Notes: generated by a model not told the origin, from the sequence alone. Counted from the stretch's first letter, positions 10,118 through 19,904 are shown. The stretch is 64,000 nt of DNA from an uncultured Desulfospira sp. (GCA_963663165.1 OY760175.1:1280001-1344000), one strand, 5' to 3'. Made by a program: numbers and translations.

Positions 10118-10524
10118 TTTTTATAAAACAAAAAATTGACCAAGCACTTGGTATTTATAGTCACTCGAGCCAATTTAGAATCAGCGTTCAATGACAGAAG
10201 CATTGTAGGGGGTGTTAAAAATTCCTGACGGAGGATTATGTCAAAAATAAAATGCAGTGAAGGCCGGATTCAAAGCCCCGGACTGTTATTAATATTCAAC
10301 TCTCTGAAATTAAATATTTTTAAATGTTTTTGATTTAGGCAATGAGTCTCACACAAACTCTATAAGTCCTTAAAACCTTAAAATAAGGGTTTTGAGCTCA
10401 TCACAATATACAGGGGCAGCCGCTTCCCGACGGCAGGAAGGATTATAAAAAAATTTACAAACGGTATCAGAATACCATGCCGGATTACAAATGCAGCTGC
10501 CTTGTTTGATGTTTGCCCAAACTC

Positions 10525-10553
10525 TTGACATAATCAAAACTTTTAAATATTAC
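10525..10553 (+). promoter_or_regulatory. Putative sigma70 promoter of the AraC gene
   Basis: TTGACA-17 nt-TATTAC (imperfect -10). Confidence 0.45.
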
Positions 10554-10612
10554 TCCACCAGTATCTGCCTGAAGGCGGATCGTTTATTTCTGCTCAGCAA
10601 TTAAAAAGACTT

Positions 10613-10669
10613 AAGCCACGAAGGTTTAGTGTTCCGGATCCCCCGGATCAGCCTTTGGTGGCTTTTTTT
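10613..10669 (+). terminator. Leader intrinsic terminator (attenuator-like), copy 1
   Basis: AAGCCACGAAGG...CCTTTGGTGGCTTTTTTT, about 80 nt upstream of the AraC start. Confidence 0.65.
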
Positions 10670-10751
10670 GTTTATGGCGCGGAACCGGGGGAATTGTTTT
10701 TGTTGCTGATATCAGTTTGGATTTTCCATTGTCCCGTGGAGGAGACACAAG

Positions 10752-11777
10752 ATGATTCGATACACTACTGTAAAAGAAAAGCGTCAGAACGCCTCAAACT
10801 CCGTGAAAACGCCTTCTTCAACCGGAGAGGTCGATATTGCCCATGAAGGCGGCCCCGGCGGTTCAATTTTTAAAACCATGAGCATCCGGCCGGGAATTAA
10901 AATGATCTTTGCCGACCATGAGGTGGGCCAACGCCTTGAAATGGACTATGAAATTGACCTGGCCCCCATCAGTTTAAGCTATGCCATGTCCCAGCGAATC
11001 CGGAGCACCATGACCAGCGGACCCCGGGGAAAAACGGTTATTGAACGGTCTCCGGGCGACAGCGTACTGGCCTATCTGCCCAAAACCCGGGGAACCAACC
11101 AGATCTTGTCTAAGGGACGTCTCTTAGGGGTTTCTTTTCATTTCAGCCCCCAGGTGTTTTATGAACTGTTCACTGACCTGCCCGGGTGCCTGAAAGGCCT
11201 TTGTTCTGTGTCCGGCACCCCTAAAGGACAACGGTTTTATCAGCAGTCCCGCTTTGATAAGGAAACCCTGCTGGTCCTCAAACAAATTCTGGTTTGCCCA
11301 TATGAAGGGGAGATCCAAAGGCTTTATTTTGAATCCAAAGCCCTGGAACTGGTGGCACTCAAGCTTGCCGAACTGGAACAGGGTCACAGGGTCCCGGATT
11401 CAAACCGCCGGGATCTGGACCGGGCAAGAGAGGCATACCACATCCTGCTGTCCGATCTTGACCATCCGCCGAGCCTCATTGACTTAAGCCGCCGGGTGGG
11501 CATCAACCGGAACAAATTAAACCAGGAATTCAAGGCATTATACGGTGATACCGTGTTCAACGTACTCCGGAATGCCAGACTTTCCGAAGCCTGGTCACTG
11601 TTAAAGCAGTCCGATAAGAGCCTGTCGGAAATCGCTTTTTCAGTGGGCTACAACAACCAATCCAACTTTACCACGGCTTTCCGCAAAGAATTCGGGAAAA
11701 CCCCGAAAGAGGTTCGCCAGGATGTGGCCGTCGAGCCTTTGCCGCCCCATGTCCGCAAGCCGGCCCTGGCCCGGTAA
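10752..11777 (+). CDS. AraC-family regulator (PchR/YbtA-like)
   Basis: RLYFESKALELV; C-terminal double HTH PPSLIDLSRRVGINRNKLNQEFK...SEIAFSVGYNNQSNFTTAFRKEFG. Confidence 0.92.
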   Translation: MIRYTTVKEKRQNASNSVKTPSSTGEVDIAHEGGPGGSIFKTMSIRPGIKMIFADHEVGQRLEMDYEIDLAPISLSYAMSQRIRSTMTSGPRGKTVIERSPGDSVLAYLPKTRGTNQILSKGRLLGVSFHFSPQVFYELFTDLPGCLKGLCSVSGTPKGQRFYQQSRFDKETLLVLKQILVCPYEGEIQRLYFESKALELVALKLAELEQGHRVPDSNRRDLDRAREAYHILLSDLDHPPSLIDLSRRVGINRNKLNQEFKALYGDTVFNVLRNARLSEAWSLLKQSDKSLSEIAFSVGYNNQSNFTTAFRKEFGKTPKEVRQDVAVEPLPPHVRKPALAR

Positions 11778-11953
11778 ACCAAGCCCGATTGGGGGCTCTG
11801 TGAGACAGGTTGACGGCTGAGCATCGGGAGGGGGCATCCTTCAGCCTGCCCCCCTTCAGTCTAAATCCCTCATGAATTTGTGCGGCATTCATAAAAAAAC
11901 ATGCCGTGTTCAAAAGACAGAACCTGCCGGAATAACGTATCTACATCACCACA

Positions 11954-12010
11954 AAAAAGCCATGAAGGCTTAGCATCGCTGTCACCAGGGGTGCGCCTTC
12001 ACGGCTTTTT
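11954..12010 (+). terminator. Leader intrinsic terminator (attenuator-like), copy 2
   Basis: AAAAAGCCATGAAGGC...GCCTTCACGGCTTTTT (15/16 stem), about 60 nt upstream of the receptor start. Confidence 0.7.
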
Positions 12011-12068
12011 GCATTTTGGGGCAAAATAGTGGAGATCAACTGATTTTTTTTAAAAAAAGGAACAGAAA

Positions 12069-14219
12069 ATGAAGATAAAGAAAAACGTGTTCGCTGCTGT
12101 TTTTTTAGGGATACTGCTGTCCGGCACGGCAATGGCTGAAGAAAAGAAAATCAATGAACTTGAGGATGTTGTGGTCACGGAAACAACTCAGCGAAAGCCC
12201 ATTGCCCATTCCCCGGAAAAGACCGTCATTGACATAGGTTCCTATGAAATCACAGGTGTTGCAAAGAATATCGCGGATATCATCAGGGATCAGCCGGTGA
12301 TCGACTTCAGGGGCGCCTCGGATCTGGTGCCCGGTGACCTGGTGGACGGCGACGACACCGTCTGGATGCGGGGATTTGCCAGCAACCGCTTTGTAACCGC
12401 CGTAGACGGTGCCAATATCCATAAACCCGGCGGCCGGAACACCTTTCATGTGGTGGATTATTCACTGCTCCCGACTTTTCTGGTCGAGGAGGTTGAAATT
12501 CTGCCAGGACCGCACTGCGCCCTGTATCCGGGCATGAGCATCGGCGGGGTGGTCAACCTGATCAGCCGGCCCCCGGGCCGCTATAATTCGGCAAAACCGG
12601 ATGTATCGGTTACCACAAGCTTTAAATCCTACAACACCCAGAACCACAGCGCTTATGTCCGGGGAGGTATGGGTGATTTCATCTATGACGCAGGCTACCA
12701 GAAATACAGTACAGACGGATATCTGAGAAACGCTGAAGCAGATATCGACACATTTTTCGGCCGGATCGGCTATATCCTGCCGTCAGGGGGCTATATCACC
12801 CTGACCGCTTCCCACACCGATGCCACCAAAGAAATTCCCGTAAAAAACGACCTCTCTACAGGAGATTATGACGGCGGTTTTCCCAATGTAACAACCTCGA
12901 GTTACTACGAGTGGCAAACGCCCCAATGGGATGAAACCGCTGTATCTTACCGGCTCAATTACAACCAGCCGACCCCGATCGGTGTCTGGGACCTTAATGC
13001 CTATTATGGTGAGGAGGAATGGGAAAAGACCGTTCTTCGCCAAAATCAATCCGGAGCGTATTATGATGCCGGGTGGACCGGGACATGGTACATGCAGGGG
13101 GGTAAACTTACGGATACCATTACATTTTCAGACCGGCACCAGACCATTATCGGTACAGACATAGAGCAGTTCTTTGATGGTTTTGATACAAAACTGGGCT
13201 CGCCGGCTGCGTTTGATGATGAAAAAAGGGTGGAACTCAAATCCTGTTTTGCCCAGCACAAGTGGCAGATTATTCCGCGCCTGACACTGACTGCAGGACT
13301 CCGGTATGAACAGGCCGACATCCGGATCGACAACATGTCTTCCAGTACCGGAGCCCTGCTGATCACCGGAAAACCCCGATGGATTGAGCGAAGCTTTGAT
13401 GACGTTGCCCCCAAATCCTTCCTTACCTATGAGCTGGATGATATGGCCGAAGGCCTCAGGGACACCGCCGTTTCTGTGGGGGTCAGCAGAATCTTTCGGG
13501 CTCCGATTAATTTCGGCGATTTTAATCCCCGAGGGATGCCGGCCGGCGCATGGGTGGACCCGGAACACGGCATCGGCTATGACTTTGTTTTCTCAAGACG
13601 GCTGGTTAAAGACATTCAGCTGAAAATCAATTACGCCTACTATGAAATCAAAGATTACCTTGCCTGGAACTGGGATTATGCCCGGTACACCCCAAGCGGC
13701 AGCAACCCGGTCACGCCGGGCATGGAATACCAGGACTATATCATCAATCTTGACAAGGTCACCCGGCATGGCCTTGAAGTGCAGTTGACCGGCCATCTCA
13801 TGGATGATCTTTCCTTTTACATCGGATACGCCTATCAGACATTTGACAGCAAGGGCGGAGAACCGGCCGGGGAAACGGCCGTGGATGATATGGCCAAAAA
13901 CAGGGTTAACGCCGGCCTGCGCTGGCAGTTATTTGAAAATACCCTGGTGCTGCTTGATTATAAATACCAGGATGAGCAGGTGGTCCAGAAAGGGGAAGAG
14001 GTCACCCCGGATGAATGGGTGTTTACCCGGATTCCCATGGACGCCTATCATATATTCGACCTGGCAATCCAGCAGACCCTTTTCAAAAACCGGGGACCTT
14101 TAAAAAAGGCGTCCCTGAAGGTCTATGTCAACAATCTGTTGGATGAAGATTATGAAAATCTAAGCGGCTATCCGGCCACGGACCGGACCTTTGGCGCAGC
14201 GTTGAGTTTTGAGCTTTAA
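12069..14219 (+). CDS. TonB-dependent outer-membrane receptor
   Basis: Signal peptide, TonB box EDVVVT, plug motif VEEVEILPGP..LY..SIGGVVNLI, and C-terminal NNLLDEDY...DRTFGAALSFEL. Confidence 0.93.
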   Translation: MKIKKNVFAAVFLGILLSGTAMAEEKKINELEDVVVTETTQRKPIAHSPEKTVIDIGSYEITGVAKNIADIIRDQPVIDFRGASDLVPGDLVDGDDTVWMRGFASNRFVTAVDGANIHKPGGRNTFHVVDYSLLPTFLVEEVEILPGPHCALYPGMSIGGVVNLISRPPGRYNSAKPDVSVTTSFKSYNTQNHSAYVRGGMGDFIYDAGYQKYSTDGYLRNAEADIDTFFGRIGYILPSGGYITLTASHTDATKEIPVKNDLSTGDYDGGFPNVTTSSYYEWQTPQWDETAVSYRLNYNQPTPIGVWDLNAYYGEEEWEKTVLRQNQSGAYYDAGWTGTWYMQGGKLTDTITFSDRHQTIIGTDIEQFFDGFDTKLGSPAAFDDEKRVELKSCFAQHKWQIIPRLTLTAGLRYEQADIRIDNMSSSTGALLITGKPRWIERSFDDVAPKSFLTYELDDMAEGLRDTAVSVGVSRIFRAPINFGDFNPRGMPAGAWVDPEHGIGYDFVFSRRLVKDIQLKINYAYYEIKDYLAWNWDYARYTPSGSNPVTPGMEYQDYIINLDKVTRHGLEVQLTGHLMDDLSFYIGYAYQTFDSKGGEPAGETAVDDMAKNRVNAGLRWQLFENTLVLLDYKYQDEQVVQKGEEVTPDEWVFTRIPMDAYHIFDLAIQQTLFKNRGPLKKASLKVYVNNLLDEDYENLSGYPATDRTFGAALSFEL

Positions 14220-14241
14220 ATGCCCCTCTTTTGGAGACCCC

Positions 14242-15378
14242 ATGAACCGGAAAACCATTTTCCCCAGATTTAACCGGAACCTTTATGCGGCCGGGCTGAT
14301 CCTGATCTTTTTTCTGATGTCCGGCTGTACGGACCAGCCGCCGGCCGGAAACCGGCCCAAAGATCAAAAAGAAATCACAGACGCCATGGGCCGGCAGGTG
14401 ATGGTTCCTTCCAAAATTAACCGGGTGGTGGATCTCGCGATGCTCGACGGGACGCGGACACTGCTGGAACTTGGGGTTTCAGACAAAATTGCCGGCGTAA
14501 ATGATGATGTTAAACATTTTATGTACGGGGAACGGGGCCAGAATTTTTCATGCTGGTTTGCCCCGCCAAAGGTGGCGCCTCAATTAAAAGACCGTTTAAG
14601 CGTGGGAAGCTGCCGGGAGCCCAATGTTGAGCTGATCAAATCCCTGGAACCCGATATCATCCTGGCGTCCGGATCTTTTTCGGTACTGGCCGGGCCCCTT
14701 CAGGAACAGACCGGTGTGCCGGTGGTCTGCATTAAAAGTTCGGGATGCCTTGATTTAGAGATGATCCGCCTGGCCGGGGAACTGATGGGCCGGCAGGCAA
14801 GGGCCCGAACGCTTATTGACTATACCCGGGAAAAGGTTGAACAGATAACCCGAATCAGTTCAAAGATTCCGGAAACAAAACGGGTGCGCGTTTTCTTCTG
14901 GGGATGGCCGGTTCAGGAATCCCCTAAAACCATTGCGCCCTATGATCCCATTGACCTGGCCGGCGGGGTGAATGTGGCCATGCAGGCCAGGATCAAGCCC
15001 TATGAAATCTTTGATATTACCAAAGAGCAGCTGGCGGTATGGAATCCGGATATGATCCTGCTTCAGTGGTGGACCCCGAAAAAGATCGGGGTCCGCATTG
15101 AAACGATTCTGTCCGATCCGGCCCTTCAGACGGTTTTTGCGGTAAAAAACAAGCAGGTATTTTATTCACGCAGTTTTATGAGGGGATGGGATCCCGCCAT
15201 GGGGCTGTGTGAAGTGGTTTATATGGCCAAACTGTTTTATCCCGAATGGTATCCGGATCTTGACGTTGAAAAAGAGGGAAACGACATTTTGAAACAATTT
15301 TACGGGAAGGACGGCCTTTATACGGATTTTGTCTCCAAAAGCGAACTTCACCGGTGGACACAGGCGGCAGACCATTGA
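14242..15378 (+). CDS. ABC transporter substrate-binding lipoprotein (Fe/B12-type periplasmic binding fold)
   Basis: Lipobox MSGC; ITDAMGRQV, PNVELIKSLEPDII, EQLAVWNPDMI. Confidence 0.88.
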   Translation: MNRKTIFPRFNRNLYAAGLILIFFLMSGCTDQPPAGNRPKDQKEITDAMGRQVMVPSKINRVVDLAMLDGTRTLLELGVSDKIAGVNDDVKHFMYGERGQNFSCWFAPPKVAPQLKDRLSVGSCREPNVELIKSLEPDIILASGSFSVLAGPLQEQTGVPVVCIKSSGCLDLEMIRLAGELMGRQARARTLIDYTREKVEQITRISSKIPETKRVRVFFWGWPVQESPKTIAPYDPIDLAGGVNVAMQARIKPYEIFDITKEQLAVWNPDMILLQWWTPKKIGVRIETILSDPALQTVFAVKNKQVFYSRSFMRGWDPAMGLCEVVYMAKLFYPEWYPDLDVEKEGNDILKQFYGKDGLYTDFVSKSELHRWTQAADH

Positions 15379-16502
15379 GCTGCCGGGAAGACGGCATTCT
15401 TTCGGGGAAAAAACAGCCGGGCGCCCGATGGATTCAAGATCAATGTATGCCCGATGTCTTTGCCGAATATAACCGGTATGCCGCCCAGAAGCGGCGGTGG
15501 CTTCTGGCACTTCTGGCGGCCGTGGGACTGCTGGGCACCGTTTTCATTACTCTGGGGCCTTTGGACATGACCGTGTGTGAGGTTTATGCCACCATCCTGA
15601 ACCGGTTTTTCCCGGATTATTTCTCAACTTCCGGTGAGCTTGCCCAAAGAACCGTATGGTACATGCGGCTGCCCAGGCTTCTTATGGGGCTTTGTGCCGG
15701 TTCCGGCCTGGCCGTTGCCGGTGCCGTGATGCAGCCGGTGCTCAGGAACCCCCTGGCAAGCCCCTTCACGTTAGGGATATCGGCCGGCGCCGGCTTTGGT
15801 GCCGCCATTGCCATCCTTTTCGGCAAAGGCCCGGGCTTCGGCAGCTGTGTTGTGGTGCTGAACGCCTTCGTGTTTGCTCTGGGCACCGCCTTTACCATTT
15901 TGGGGCTGTCCCGGTACAAGGGGGCCGCACCCGGGACCATGATCCTTGTGGGCATCGCCCTGTCGTATCTTTTTTCGGCCGGGACAACGGCCATGCAGTA
16001 TTTTGCCGATTCATGGGCGGTGGCAGAGGTGGTATTCTGGATGGTGGGCAGCCTTGCCCGATCCACCTGGGGGAGCCTTAAGTTCGTGATTCCCGTCATG
16101 CTGGTCTGTATCCCGTATCTTCTGTCCAAATCAAGAGACCTTAATGTGATGACTGCCGGGGATGACGTTGCCCAAAGCTTAGGGGCAAACGTTGGGCAAA
16201 ACCGGATCATGATGTTAACGGCGGCCGCCTTTTTAACGGCCACCATTATCTGCTTTACCGGAACCATCGGGTTCATCGGCCTTGTGGCGCCGCATATTTC
16301 CCGGATGATTTTCGGCGCGGACAACCGCTTTGCCGTACCCGGGGCAGGCTTAACCGGGGCCCTGCTGCTCACGGGATCGGATATGGCGGCCATGCATATC
16401 ATTGCGCCCACGGTCATCCCCATCGGGGTAATGACATCGTTTATGGGCGTTCCGCTGTTTATCTATTTAATTATGAAAAACAGGAGCGACTTCTGGCAGT
16501 AG
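15354..16502 (+). CDS. FecCD/BtuC-family ABC permease (true start may be about 15447)
   Basis: MRLPRLL, RNPLASPFTLGISAGA, GTIGFIGLVAPH. Confidence 0.92.
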   Translation: MDTGGRPLSCREDGILSGKKQPGARWIQDQCMPDVFAEYNRYAAQKRRWLLALLAAVGLLGTVFITLGPLDMTVCEVYATILNRFFPDYFSTSGELAQRTVWYMRLPRLLMGLCAGSGLAVAGAVMQPVLRNPLASPFTLGISAGAGFGAAIAILFGKGPGFGSCVVVLNAFVFALGTAFTILGLSRYKGAAPGTMILVGIALSYLFSAGTTAMQYFADSWAVAEVVFWMVGSLARSTWGSLKFVIPVMLVCIPYLLSKSRDLNVMTAGDDVAQSLGANVGQNRIMMLTAAAFLTATIICFTGTIGFIGLVAPHISRMIFGADNRFAVPGAGLTGALLLTGSDMAAMHIIAPTVIPIGVMTSFMGVPLFIYLIMKNRSDFWQ

Positions 16503-17278
16503 AACTTACCATAAAAGATCTGACATTCGGCTACGGCAGCCTGCCGGTTCTTCAGAATATTAGCTTTTCTCTTGGCCCCGGGCAGATACTGGCATTAACC
16601 GGCCCCAACGGTGCCGGCAAATCCACCCTTCTAAAATGCATGAACGGCCTGATCCGGCAATGGAAAGGACGGGTTGAGCTCAATGGAAAAGCCTTAAAAA
16701 AAATACGCCCAAGGCAGATCGCAAAATGCATGGCCTACGTCCCCCAGACCATATCAACCGTTTTTCCGTTTAAAGTCTTTGATATGGTTCTTCAGGGCCG
16801 GTACCCCCATCAGCGGTTCGGATACGGCCAAACGGATTATGAAAAGGCGTTTCATGCGCTCAGACGGATGGGGGTACAGGATCTGGCCATGAGGGATTTT
16901 AAAGCCATCAGCGGCGGTCAGCGCCAGAAAGTGGCCATTGCCCGGGCCATTGCCCAGGAGGCTGATGTTCTCCTGCTTGATGAGCCCACCAGCAGCCTGG
17001 ATATTTTGCACCAGCTTGAGGTGATGGAACTGCTCAGGGGCCTGGTCAGCCAAAAAAAGATATCCGCGGTTGTCACCCTGCATGACCTGAACCTGGCCGC
17101 CCGGTACGCGGATATCGTGGTCATGCTGGACCGGGGGCAAATCATGGCGTCGGGAGATCCGGGCTCGGTTTTAACCAGTAAAACCATCGCTTCGGTATAC
17201 GGTGTCAACGTTGCTGTGACCCGTGTTGAGGGCAGGCCCCATATTGTCCCGCTAAAACCGGTCCAGCCCCCATTATAA
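16493..17278 (+). CDS. FecE/BtuD-family ABC ATPase, probably CTG start
   Basis: The frame is open 49 codons upstream of ORF-track ATG 16640 and contains Walker A GPNGAGKST. AGGAG lies 6 nt before CTG 16493. ISGGQRQKV and LLDEPT follow. Confidence 0.88.
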   Translation: MAVELTIKDLTFGYGSLPVLQNISFSLGPGQILALTGPNGAGKSTLLKCMNGLIRQWKGRVELNGKALKKIRPRQIAKCMAYVPQTISTVFPFKVFDMVLQGRYPHQRFGYGQTDYEKAFHALRRMGVQDLAMRDFKAISGGQRQKVAIARAIAQEADVLLLDEPTSSLDILHQLEVMELLRGLVSQKKISAVVTLHDLNLAARYADIVVMLDRGQIMASGDPGSVLTSKTIASVYGVNVAVTRVEGRPHIVPLKPVQPPL

Positions 17279-17306
17279 ATGAACCAATTTAAGATGAGGT
17301 TTTCCC

Positions 17307-18065
17307 ATGCTGTTTGAAATTTACAATCGACTTATTGAACCGATCCCGGCCGGCATAAACATACAGGCCTCCTCCCAGGGCCTTTGGTGGACCTGCATTA
17401 CAAGCGATGTGGGGTCCGGCATGGCCATGACCTTTCAGGAAACCATCGGCATACCCTGGGAAAATCCCGAAGACTTGACCCTGCGTGAAGTTGCCCAGTG
17501 GATTTTTGACTGGGATTTAAGAAGATGTTCCTTTGCCATGGCAGCCATCAATGCCTATTGGAACAGCCGCGACATGCTTGAGAAAAATTTTAACGGCGAC
17601 ATCACCTATAACGCCGTTAACCAGGAAACCCTTGAAGGCTTTGTAACCCAGCAGCTTTCCCGGGATCAGGTGGTGGTTTCAGTGGGCCATTTTCCCTTTA
17701 TGGATCATATCGTTCATGACAACTTTTATATTCTTGAAAAAAGACCGCAGCAAAAAAGGGACCTGCCGGATACAGCATGCGAAGACATCCTGCCCAAAGC
17801 CGATATCGCCCTCATCACCGGCGCTAGCTTTGTGAATAAATCCCTTCCCCGGTTACTGGAACTTTCCAAAAATTCGAAGATTCTGCTTCTCGGGCCCAGC
17901 ACCCCTCTTTTCCCGGGGCTCTCAGAATACGGTGTTCAAAAGATTATCGGCGGCGGATTGATTCACCATGCGGATACGGTGCAGCGCATGGTCAGAAACG
18001 GGTCCGGCGGTGAACTGTTTTTTATTGAAGCGTTTTCCCGCCTGGAAATCAATCTGGGCGCTTAA
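17307..18065 (+). CDS. DUF364 family (Rossmann-like, putative heavy-metal chelation) protein
   Basis: AMAAINAY, VGHFP, DLPDTACEDILPKADIALITGASFVNKSLPRLLEL, LLGPSTP. Confidence 0.85.
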   Translation: MLFEIYNRLIEPIPAGINIQASSQGLWWTCITSDVGSGMAMTFQETIGIPWENPEDLTLREVAQWIFDWDLRRCSFAMAAINAYWNSRDMLEKNFNGDITYNAVNQETLEGFVTQQLSRDQVVVSVGHFPFMDHIVHDNFYILEKRPQQKRDLPDTACEDILPKADIALITGASFVNKSLPRLLELSKNSKILLLGPSTPLFPGLSEYGVQKIIGGGLIHHADTVQRMVRNGSGGELFFIEAFSRLEINLGA

Positions 18066-18112
18066 CCCATGCCCCCCGTCATGATGCCTTAAACGGCGGG
18101 AAATGCCGGGGT

Positions 18113-18559
18113 CTAATCCAGATCAACCCAGTACCGGGACCAGGGGCAACGCTCCTTGTAAGGGTACTTCATCAGTTCCGTGGCCAGGATGGAAAAATCT
18201 TTTTTCCGGATGGTGCAGTAATTGACCTGTTTTTTGCCCATGATGGATTCCACCCCAACGGCCGCATAAAGCACCTCGAACTTGTCCTTGACGCTGCACC
18301 GGACCGTCCCGGTGATGATGGTCAGGTTTCCTTCCTTTCGAACTTCAAACACATCGATCATGGTAATCTTAAAGGGTGATCCGTTAAAATAGGAATCTGC
18401 GCCGGTCCGGGTCATTTCGCAGGTTAAAAAACTTCTAAATTCCCCTTCAACCCCTGCAAATTCATAATCTCCTGCCAGGGAAGGGGTCCCCCCCCATAGC
18501 AACATTCCGGTGACCCATATCAGAAAAGCCGCATTAACCCAGCGCTGTTGAACCATCAT
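18113..18559 (-). CDS. Exported hypothetical protein
   Basis: Signal-peptide-like N-terminus; 3 nt from the upstream gene (operon). Confidence 0.7.
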   Translation of the reverse strand: MMVQQRWVNAAFLIWVTGMLLWGGTPSLAGDYEFAGVEGEFRSFLTCEMTRTGADSYFNGSPFKITMIDVFEVRKEGNLTIITGTVRCSVKDKFEVLYAAVGVESIMGKKQVNYCTIRKKDFSILATELMKYPYKERCPWSRYWVDLD

Positions 18560-18562
18560 GGG

Positions 18563-19354
18563 CTAAGCCTTTTCCTGAATCAGGTTTTTCAGGTTTTTTT
18601 GAAGGTCCTCAAGAACCATGGGCTTGAGAATAACCGAGCCGGCACCGGCATACTTTTTTTCATAATCTTTCATGGTTTTTGAATCCCGGTAACCGGTCTC
18701 CACCAGGATAGGGATCTGGTTGTCGATTTTCAGAATACCGCTGATAAATTTGCCGGACAGCATCCCGGGCGCCTTGTGGTTGGCAATGATCAGCTTAAAT
18801 TTCTCCGGCTGGTTCTTGAACGCCTCAAGGCCCAAGTCCGAGTCCCTGGCCATCACCACCTGGTACCCTGACGTTTCAATGACCGATGAGATCAGCTTGC
18901 CCCGGGTTTCATTGGCATCAATCACCAGGACGTACCGGTCTCCCTGCAAAACCGTTTCCATGCCCATTTCATACCGCCACTTGCTCCCGTTAAAGGGGTG
19001 GATACGGGTCACGTCAACTTCATAGGCCCGGGATGAAATAAAGGCGTCATTATCCGCATCATCCACTTTGACGATAAATTTTTTGTCCCGGGCAATATAC
19101 TGCCGCAGCCACAGCCGGTACTGATTTTCTTCTCCGGTCAGGATCAGCACTTTTGGACCGGCCGGGCTCATAACCTGGATGGAATGGTAGATCAAAGGCT
19201 GTTTTTCAAATTTGACGGCTGTCTCATTATAGTGTTCTTCCACAAAGTCCAGGATATAATCCCGTGAAAGCCCGGTCCCCGATGAAACCAGCATAAAAAG
19301 AACCATTCCCAGGAACCCCGAAAGCACTGGTTTAACGTTGAATTTTGTTTTCAT
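18563..19354 (-). CDS. Signal-peptide protein with a C-terminal degenerate receiver domain
   Basis: VLVIDANE...FKLIIANHKAPGM...IPILVETGY...ILKP. Asn sits at the phosphoacceptor position. Confidence 0.75.
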   Translation of the reverse strand: MKTKFNVKPVLSGFLGMVLFMLVSSGTGLSRDYILDFVEEHYNETAVKFEKQPLIYHSIQVMSPAGPKVLILTGEENQYRLWLRQYIARDKKFIVKVDDADNDAFISSRAYEVDVTRIHPFNGSKWRYEMGMETVLQGDRYVLVIDANETRGKLISSVIETSGYQVVMARDSDLGLEAFKNQPEKFKLIIANHKAPGMLSGKFISGILKIDNQIPILVETGYRDSKTMKDYEKKYAGAGSVILKPMVLEDLQKNLKNLIQEKA

Positions 19355-19535
19355 GGATTTCCTTTCTAAACCGTTATGCCCTCATGGCCGGCCATATTTG
19401 AGATTTCAGGCCCGTTATGATTGAAGGGGTTCGCCTATTGCGGGAGCCGGGCTCCCATCCGAAGCCCCGGGGAAGACGCTGTCTGCTGTCTTTCCTTTAA
19501 CTCCCAATCGGCACTCCCCGCCAACATCTTGAGCG

Positions 19536-19904
19536 TTATCTTAAGAGTAAAGCAAGCCCGATCAGAACCAGCCAGCAAAACCCGAGCATAAACAGGTGGT
19601 GTATATGGTCGGTCTGTCTTCTGGCACGAATCCGCCCTAGCAAAATACTGAGGACCAAAACCGTACACCCCGAAATAATGGTGACGGTCAGGTATTTTAA
19701 GGCCTCATAATCCCGGGAGGTTCGCAAATTCAGCTGGTAAAACCGGTCAAACACCGTTTCATATTCGGGCTGGGCATAATGAAAGAAAATAAGGCTGACC
19801 AGCAGAACAACCCAGGCAAACCAGCTGAAAAACATAAAGAGCCGGGATTTGATGTCCGCTGTCCTTCGTCTGTCCGTTGACTGTTTATCCTGTTCCTGGA
19901 TCAT
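19536..19904 (-). CDS. Membrane hypothetical protein (about 3 TM)
   Basis: Three hydrophobic segments; FHYAQPEYET motif. Confidence 0.7.
   Translation of the reverse strand: MIQEQDKQSTDRRRTADIKSRLFMFFSWFAWVVLLVSLIFFHYAQPEYETVFDRFYQLNLRTSRDYEALKYLTVTIISGCTVLVLSILLGRIRARRQTDHIHHLFMLGFCWLVLIGLALLLR

Noticed and set aside
10200..10450. Possible IS end or remnant (GGGGGTGTTAAAAATTCC...)
   Set aside because: No matching second end, target duplication or transposase fragment was found by eye.
19420..19520. tRNA (including tRNA-Sec), 6S RNA or a named riboswitch
   Set aside because: No acceptor stem or T-loop arrangement, no long terminal pairing, and the B12-box and GEMM P2 elements are missing.
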